Assembly (NCBI GenBank): GCA_013360215.1
Contig: JABWCP010000019.1
Span: 1 to 58,913, forward strand
From: a bacterium
GTDB lineage: Bacteria; CLD3; SB21
Reading direction: 5' to 3'
Length of the DNA stretch: 58,913 nt
Of the stretch, positions 53,058 to 58,913 are shown piece after piece. Positions within the stretch are counted from its first letter, which is position 1; every line of letters starts with the position of its first letter. The notes under the pieces are model-generated. The model made no database searches. It had not been told where the DNA came from and worked only from the letters and a program-made list of their open reading frames with translations. The position numbers and the translations under genes are program-made.

Positions 53058-54143
53058 ATGAATTATATCTTACGGGAAGCATGGGATGTATTAAAAAATC
53101 CCGGCATTATTCCCAAACTGCCCAACATGATGCGGGCATCCGCATCGTACGCCCTTAATAAATTGACACGAAAAAATATCGTGTGGGGTTACCCCTTTGT
53201 CATGATGGTGGAGCCTACCAATATCTGCAACCTCCGTTGCCCGCTATGCATCACGGGGAGCAAACTGATGACCCGCGACGACGGCATGATGACACTGGAA
53301 CGATTTAAACAATTGATGGACGAAATGGGCCCCTATCTGATGCATCTCACACTTTGGAGCCAAGGCGAACCTTTCGTCAATCGTGATTTTGTAAAAATGA
53401 TTCGTTATGCGCATGACAAACATATCAAAACGGTTACCAGCACCAACGGTCATTTCCTTAGTGAAAACGCCGAAGCGATCGTCGAATCCGGTCTGGACAC
53501 GCTGATCATCGCCGTGGACGGCGCATCACAGGATACGTACGAAAAATACCGCGTGAACGGAAAATTTGAAAAAGTATTCAACGGCATGAAAGCCATTGCT
53601 GCAGCGAAGGCCAAATTAAAACGAAAAACTCCGGCGATCGAACTTCAATTCATCGTCATGAAACATAACGAACATGAACTGGATGCCATTCGTCGTATGG
53701 CGCACGAATGCAATGTACAGGTATTATCGCTCAAAACGGCGCAAGTCTATACTGCGGAACAAGCTCAAGAATTTTTACCGAACAATGAAAAATACCGGCG
53801 TTATGAAATCAGTAACGACGGAACGTTCGCCGCAAAAATCGGGTCCATCAATTTTTGCCGATGGGTATTGATGTGCCCTGTGATCAATTGGGACGGCACC
53901 GTATCGCCATGCTGTTTTGATAAAAATGCGGATTACCCGTTGGGCAATGTATTTGATCCCGGCGGAATGAAAACCATCTGGAAAAATAAAGCGTACCATG
54001 ATTTTCGTCGCCGCATTTTTACACAGCGTAGCGCTATACCGATTTGCAGCAACTGTTCCGAAGGACTCGAAGTCGAAGTTTACGAAAAAGAATTGATCCC
54101 GTCACGACCGGCCTCTGCGGTTGCACTGGATCACGTCGCTTAA
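53058..54143 (+). CDS. Radical SAM protein with SPASM/twitch domain
   Basis: CNLRCPLC (CxxxCxxC); C...DGTVSPCC...LGN...CSNC. Confidence 0.92.
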   Translation: MNYILREAWDVLKNPGIIPKLPNMMRASASYALNKLTRKNIVWGYPFVMMVEPTNICNLRCPLCITGSKLMTRDDGMMTLERFKQLMDEMGPYLMHLTLWSQGEPFVNRDFVKMIRYAHDKHIKTVTSTNGHFLSENAEAIVESGLDTLIIAVDGASQDTYEKYRVNGKFEKVFNGMKAIAAAKAKLKRKTPAIELQFIVMKHNEHELDAIRRMAHECNVQVLSLKTAQVYTAEQAQEFLPNNEKYRRYEISNDGTFAAKIGSINFCRWVLMCPVINWDGTVSPCCFDKNADYPLGNVFDPGGMKTIWKNKAYHDFRRRIFTQRSAIPICSNCSEGLEVEVYEKELIPSRPASAVALDHVA

Positions 54144-54158
54144 CCATAAAAGGCCGCC

Positions 54159-54998
54159 ATGAGCAAGAAAAAGGAAAAAAAGAAATCCGAAAAAAAGCAG
54201 GGCAAGAAGAAACCGGCCAAACCGGTTCCCGTAAAAAAATCAACCGGCAAAAAAGCCAGTTCTAAACCTGCATCCAAAAAAGCAAAACCGACCAAAAAAA
54301 GCGTCGCGGCCAAATCCCCTTCCAAAAATACAACCCCCACTGTTGATAAAAAACAGACGTCCGCTAAGTCAACCAAAAAACAACCGTCCCGCCCCCCAAT
54401 CCCGCGTACACCGGCAGATAACGTGCGGCGACCTTTTAACATAATTGAGAGTTATATGGGTGAATATCGTTTTAACGACATGTTTGCAGTGCTTTTTGTT
54501 TGTACCGGTAATATGTGCCGCAGTCCTTTAGCCGAAGGTATCTTTAAGCGCAAATTGGCCATTGAGTGCCCCGAATCCATCAAACACAAAATCTGGGTAG
54601 AATCGTGCGGCATTTACGCGTACGACGGGAATAAGCCTTCGGAAAACGCCATCAAAGTCGGCCATCAAAACGGCGTTGATATTTCCGCAATTCGATCCAA
54701 ACCGATCAACCGTGTGCTCGTCGAGCAATCCGATCTTATTTTTGCGTTGTCCATTGATCATTTAAACTATATTCAGGAAAATTTTCCGACCGCGCGCCAT
54801 AAAACATATTTGATGAAAGTATTCGGCAAAGATCGCGGCGTCACGATTTCCGATTCGATCCCCGATCCGATGGGTTTCAGTATGGACTTTTACCTGAAGA
54901 CCTATAATGAAATCCATGTTACCATAGATGAGATTTTTCAAAAAGTCGTCGCTATGGCCGAACAAAAGCTGAACCCCAAATCATCCGAAAGCATGTAA
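54159..54998 (+). CDS. Low-molecular-weight protein Tyr/Arg phosphatase with Lys-rich N-terminal extension
   Basis: VLFVCTGNMCRS P-loop and IPDP motif; alternative start at 54456. Confidence 0.85.
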   Translation: MSKKKEKKKSEKKQGKKKPAKPVPVKKSTGKKASSKPASKKAKPTKKSVAAKSPSKNTTPTVDKKQTSAKSTKKQPSRPPIPRTPADNVRRPFNIIESYMGEYRFNDMFAVLFVCTGNMCRSPLAEGIFKRKLAIECPESIKHKIWVESCGIYAYDGNKPSENAIKVGHQNGVDISAIRSKPINRVLVEQSDLIFALSIDHLNYIQENFPTARHKTYLMKVFGKDRGVTISDSIPDPMGFSMDFYLKTYNEIHVTIDEIFQKVVAMAEQKLNPKSSESM

Positions 54999-55750
54999 TG
55001 CGTTTTGCCATCGTTTTTTTGTTCTTTTATATAAGCGGTATCGCTCATGTCACGGCCGGCGACCCCCTGCGAACGTTGCCCAATAAAGCGTTCCCCGTAG
55101 GGGAAAAACTCAAATTTTCCATCGGCTGGGAATTTATCAGCGCGGGCACCGCGACATTGGAGGTGGAGCAGCTCACCGCACACCGCGATCGCCCGTGTTA
55201 CCTTATTTCCGCGACGACCGTATCCAACGCTTTTTTTTCTACCCTGTATCCGGTCAAAGATCGTTTGGAGTCGTACATTGATCAGGACGGATTGTATCCC
55301 CTGAAATATGTGAAAAATACTTCCGAAGGCGGCTATAAACGTAATTTTACTACCGAGTTTTATCACGAACAACGCAAAGCCACGATAGATGACCGCGACT
55401 CGGGATACAAAGAAATTGCAATTCCTGAAATGGTACAGGATATCATTTCTGCATTCTATTATTTGCGCAATCAACCGTTGGAAATCGGAAAAACGCTGTC
55501 GCTTGCGACGTACGACAACGGCAAAATAAATCAGGCCACGGTGAAGGTGGTTCGTAAAGAAACCATTTCCGTAGATGCCGGTGAATTTCATTGTATTCTT
55601 GTACAAACGCCGATCGGGCCTTTTAATAATAAATCCGATCTGAATATTTGGCTTACCGACGATGATCGCAAAATACCGGTTTTGATGAAATCCAAAATTG
55701 CCATCGGATCGGTACGGGCTGAACTCGTCGAAATGAGCGGTACTTTTTAA
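54998..55750 (+). CDS. Exported DUF3108-family protein
   Basis: GEKLKF...AGTA, QDIISAFYYLR and IWLTDDDRKIPV motifs; TAATG coupling to upstream gene. Confidence 0.8.
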   Translation: MRFAIVFLFFYISGIAHVTAGDPLRTLPNKAFPVGEKLKFSIGWEFISAGTATLEVEQLTAHRDRPCYLISATTVSNAFFSTLYPVKDRLESYIDQDGLYPLKYVKNTSEGGYKRNFTTEFYHEQRKATIDDRDSGYKEIAIPEMVQDIISAFYYLRNQPLEIGKTLSLATYDNGKINQATVKVVRKETISVDAGEFHCILVQTPIGPFNNKSDLNIWLTDDDRKIPVLMKSKIAIGSVRAELVEMSGTF

Positions 55751-55793
55751 GTTCACCTCAAACCTGTCATTGGTACGCTAACGGGAGAAAACC

Positions 55794-56507
55794 ATGCAGC
55801 ATTACGTTCACGGATGGTATTCCGAACGCCTCGGCAAACAAATGAACTTTCAGCATTTTGGCCACGGCGGCGCGCCGGTCGTGGTATTTCCCACCACACT
55901 CGGCAATCTGTACGAATTTTCCGATCGTCGTATGATCGATCCGCTCGCCGAAAAAATCGAAAACGGACTGATCCAAATTTTATGCGTGGATTCGATCAAT
56001 AACGAAAGTTGGTACAACGATCAGATTCATCCGCATGAAAAAGTTCGCCGCCATGTTTTATACGAAGATTATCTGATCCATGAATTTTTACCCTATTTGC
56101 GTAATAAAACCGGGACGGATTATCTGATTCTTTTAGGTTGTAGTTTCGGCGGTTATCATGCGGTCAATTTTGCAATGCGTCACCCGGAAATGGTCAACCG
56201 AGCTATCGGCTTGAGCGGTTCGTACACGATTCAAGGCTTTCTGGGCGGCTACTACGACGACTTGTGTTATTACAACAATCCCGCACATTATGTGCAACAT
56301 CTCTCCGACCCATATTATATTGACCGTTATAATACACACACGGAAATCACGCTTGTAACCAGTGATCTGGACCCTTGCCGGGAGCGCAACGAATATTTTC
56401 ATCAGATTCTCTCGGAAAAAGGAATTCGTCACAATTATTTCTTTTGGGACGGAGGCATCGGCCACGATTGGCCTTACTGGCAACGCATGATCGGGCATTA
56501 CGTTTAA
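55794..56507 (+). CDS. Alpha/beta-hydrolase esterase
   Basis: GCSFG nucleophile elbow; HDWPYW; FGHGGAPVVVFPT. Confidence 0.88.
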   Translation: MQHYVHGWYSERLGKQMNFQHFGHGGAPVVVFPTTLGNLYEFSDRRMIDPLAEKIENGLIQILCVDSINNESWYNDQIHPHEKVRRHVLYEDYLIHEFLPYLRNKTGTDYLILLGCSFGGYHAVNFAMRHPEMVNRAIGLSGSYTIQGFLGGYYDDLCYYNNPAHYVQHLSDPYYIDRYNTHTEITLVTSDLDPCRERNEYFHQILSEKGIRHNYFFWDGGIGHDWPYWQRMIGHYV

Positions 56508-56535
56508 ATCGCTTTAGACCACATTCTACATTATT

Positions 56536-57243
56536 ATGATCGGCATACGTTTACTACTTTTTATATCCGTTCTTTTCTTTTTTTATTTTCTTGCGCGCCA
56601 ATCCGATACGACCGAAACCATGCGTTGCGACGCGTCGTTTTACGGTCACGGCCGGATACCGGTCAAATTGCGCAGGCCGGTAAACGATTCGATCCCTGCA
56701 ACCCCGATTCGCGTAGCACAGTTTTTCAGGTGGACGCTATCGCAAGATTCATTGATCCAACATATGGACGTCTTACCTGAATCGGAGCCCGTTACAGGAT
56801 TTGAAGACCGTACCGTCTGCATTGAAGGTTACGCCGTAGCTATACGCTACGATCATAAAGACGGTCTGTATCAAAAAGACAATGCGCTGTATTTGGAAAT
56901 GACCGATTCACCGCGTTGGGATGCACCGCATCTGATCGTACGGATACCGCCGGGCGAGGCTTATTGCGATGCGCGTACAACATTGTGGAACATCGCACAT
57001 TGGGATGCTTCCGCGGCCAAAGAAAAAATTTCGGCTGGAATGCGTTTGATGCGCAGACCCACACGCGTACGTGTGACCGGTTTTTTGTATATCAATCCGG
57101 AAACCAAAAAAAAATACGACCGGCACGGCATCAGTTATCAAACCAAAGGTATTCCTGACGGCATACAACGAAAAAGAACACCGCCTCAAACGCAAGGCGT
57201 TTGGGAAATTCAGCCGGCTTTTCGGGTCGCGTTGATAAACTAA
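56536..57243 (+). CDS. Hypothetical membrane-anchored or exported protein, possibly OB-fold
   Basis: N-terminal hydrophobic anchor; VRVTGFLY...VWEIQP; fills the gap between esterase and glgA. Confidence 0.65.
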   Translation: MIGIRLLLFISVLFFFYFLARQSDTTETMRCDASFYGHGRIPVKLRRPVNDSIPATPIRVAQFFRWTLSQDSLIQHMDVLPESEPVTGFEDRTVCIEGYAVAIRYDHKDGLYQKDNALYLEMTDSPRWDAPHLIVRIPPGEAYCDARTTLWNIAHWDASAAKEKISAGMRLMRRPTRVRVTGFLYINPETKKKYDRHGISYQTKGIPDGIQRKRTPPQTQGVWEIQPAFRVALIN

Positions 57244-57251
57244 CTATACGC

Positions 57252-58736
57252 ATGAAAACACCACTCAAAATTGCTTTGGCTTCAAGTGAAGTCGCTCCGT
57301 TCGCCAAAACCGGCGGCCTGGCCGACGTATCGGGTGCCTTGCCCAAATACCTGACGCGTTTGGGATGCGACGTCAAAGTGTTTATGCCCAAATATGTTTC
57401 CGTGGACGACAGCAAGTGGGATTTACATTACTGTGCCGATATCGGCGAAATCCTCATTCGTATGGGACGCGTTACACGGAGTGCCCATGTACTCAAGTCC
57501 GCTATTCCCGGCTCCGAAGCCGAGATCTATTTTATCGAATGCCCGCACTATTATCATCGCCGCCATATTTATACGATGGATCGCGACGAAGATGAGCGGT
57601 TTATTCTTTTTTGTAAAGCCGTCATCGAAGTGATGCAGCGCATCCAATGGGCGCCGGATGTCGTGCACTGCAATGATTGGCAGACGGGGTTAATTCCGAT
57701 CTACCTCAAAGATAATTACAATTGGGATCGGATGTTTGATCGTACCGCGTGTTTGTACTCCATACACAATATCGCTTATCAGGGGCGCTTCTCCAAAGAT
57801 ACGCTGTATCGCGCCGAAATGCGACCCGATCAGTTTTATCCCGGCGGGCCGATGGAGTTTCATGACACGTTTAGTTTTATGAAAACCGGTATTCTTTCAT
57901 CCGAAGTCGTTACGACCGTCAGCCATACGTATGCCAAAGAAATTCTGATCTACGAATACGGTAACGGCATGAACGATGTGCTGTGGCCGCGGCAAAATGA
58001 TCTTTTCGGCGTATTAAACGGCATTGACTACGATGAATGGGACCCGGAAAAAGACAAATACATCCCCCATCCTTTTTCACAGTCCGATCTTTCCGGTAAA
58101 GAAAAAAATAAAAAATTTCTTTTGGAGCAAGCACATCTGACGTACGACCCGGTCAAACCGGTGATCGGAATTGTGTCGCGTTTAGTCGGACAAAAGGGAT
58201 TTGATCTGATCGAAAAAGCATTGCCGGAACTGATGCTGCTTGATGCACAGTGGGTCATACTCGGCAGCGGCGAAGACCGTTATGAAGATATGTTCGAAAA
58301 TCTGCATCACGCTTTACCTTATAAAGTGTGGACCTATATCGGCTATAGTAACGAACTCGCGCATCGTATCGAAGCCGGGGCGGATATTTTTCTGATGCCT
58401 TCGCACTTTGAACCTTGCGGGCTCAACCAAATGTACAGTCAGCGGTACGGTACGATACCGGTAGTACGAAAAACCGGCGGACTTGCCGATACGGTTTGGG
58501 ATTGGCATGCACTGCATTCCGCCGGGCGCGACATCGGTAACGGTTTTACTTTTACGGATGCGTCACCATATGCTTTATTTACGACCTTACTGCGTGCACT
58601 CGAAACCTACAAAGACAAAACCGTGTGGCGAAAAATCCAGCAGAACGCCATGGCAATGGACCATTCGTGGGACGCTTCGGCCCAAAGATATATCGAACTC
58701 TATAAAGCGGCGATTCAAAAACGACGCGCCGGATAG
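57252..58736 (+). CDS. glgA: Glycogen synthase
   Basis: EVAPFAKTGGLADV, HCNDWQ, QKGFD and FEPCGLNQ motifs; start placed at ATG 57252. Confidence 0.96.
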   Translation: MKTPLKIALASSEVAPFAKTGGLADVSGALPKYLTRLGCDVKVFMPKYVSVDDSKWDLHYCADIGEILIRMGRVTRSAHVLKSAIPGSEAEIYFIECPHYYHRRHIYTMDRDEDERFILFCKAVIEVMQRIQWAPDVVHCNDWQTGLIPIYLKDNYNWDRMFDRTACLYSIHNIAYQGRFSKDTLYRAEMRPDQFYPGGPMEFHDTFSFMKTGILSSEVVTTVSHTYAKEILIYEYGNGMNDVLWPRQNDLFGVLNGIDYDEWDPEKDKYIPHPFSQSDLSGKEKNKKFLLEQAHLTYDPVKPVIGIVSRLVGQKGFDLIEKALPELMLLDAQWVILGSGEDRYEDMFENLHHALPYKVWTYIGYSNELAHRIEAGADIFLMPSHFEPCGLNQMYSQRYGTIPVVRKTGGLADTVWDWHALHSAGRDIGNGFTFTDASPYALFTTLLRALETYKDKTVWRKIQQNAMAMDHSWDASAQRYIELYKAAIQKRRAG

Positions 58737-58893
58737 AATAACAAATAAAACCTGGTTAATTAATCTAAAATCAATTTGCACTGTAGACTTATTTACAATT
58801 TCTATCTCGGCAAAGTAATAATGTCCTAATATAGCAAAGTAGAAATGTCGTGTTAGAAAGCCGTATTATTGTCTCCTAGTGAAGGAGGCAAGT

Positions 58894-58913
58894 ATGGCAG
58901 AGAAGGACATTTT
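58894..58913 (+). CDS. 5' fragment of an unidentified gene (MAEKDI...)
   Basis: Strong AAGGAGG RBS followed by ATG at the window edge. Confidence 0.6.

Noticed and set aside
54938-55756. 272-aa minus-strand ORF
   Set aside because: Antisense shadow of the DUF3108 gene

Overview
Bacterial chromosomal window with mostly housekeeping genes. The gene content and the E. coli-type TTGnnn-17-TAnnnT promoters suggest an FCB-superphylum lineage outside classical Bacteroidota (inference). From left to right it holds: the str operon (rpsL-rpsG-fusA-tuf, minus strand); an AT-rich accessory block (DUF2867 SDR, GNAT, PaiB, Crp/Fnr, a ynbA/ynbB-like lipid trio); a six-gene operon behind three Fur-like boxes (outer-membrane barrel, lipoprotein cytochrome c, IsdG-type haem oxygenase, DUF6686-like protein, and two small proteins missing from the ORF track); a TPR membrane sensor with a Cys4 output domain; a PpiD-like chaperone, clpS and a CDF transporter; gltX-coaBC-rpoZ; a long minus-strand run (gmk, sigma54 activator, lptE, GT2, acidic TPR protein, gcvH, hybrid kinase, degenerate GGDEF regulator, gcvP); a two-lipoprotein cassette bracketed by a 36-bp direct repeat and carrying an (AGAAT)9 microsatellite; M13, M16 and M1 peptidases with a free-standing NUMOD4-HNH gene; MarC, MATE, aconitase, ackA; and a radical SAM to glgA run. 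I saw no rRNA, tRNA, CRISPR array or transposase. The best candidates for undescribed biology are the putative iron/haem operon, the repeat-flanked lipoprotein cassette, histone-H1-like Lys-rich tails on three unrelated enzymes, and a predicted catalytically dead c-di-GMP receptor inside the glycine-cleavage operon. All family assignments come from motif recognition by eye, not database searches.
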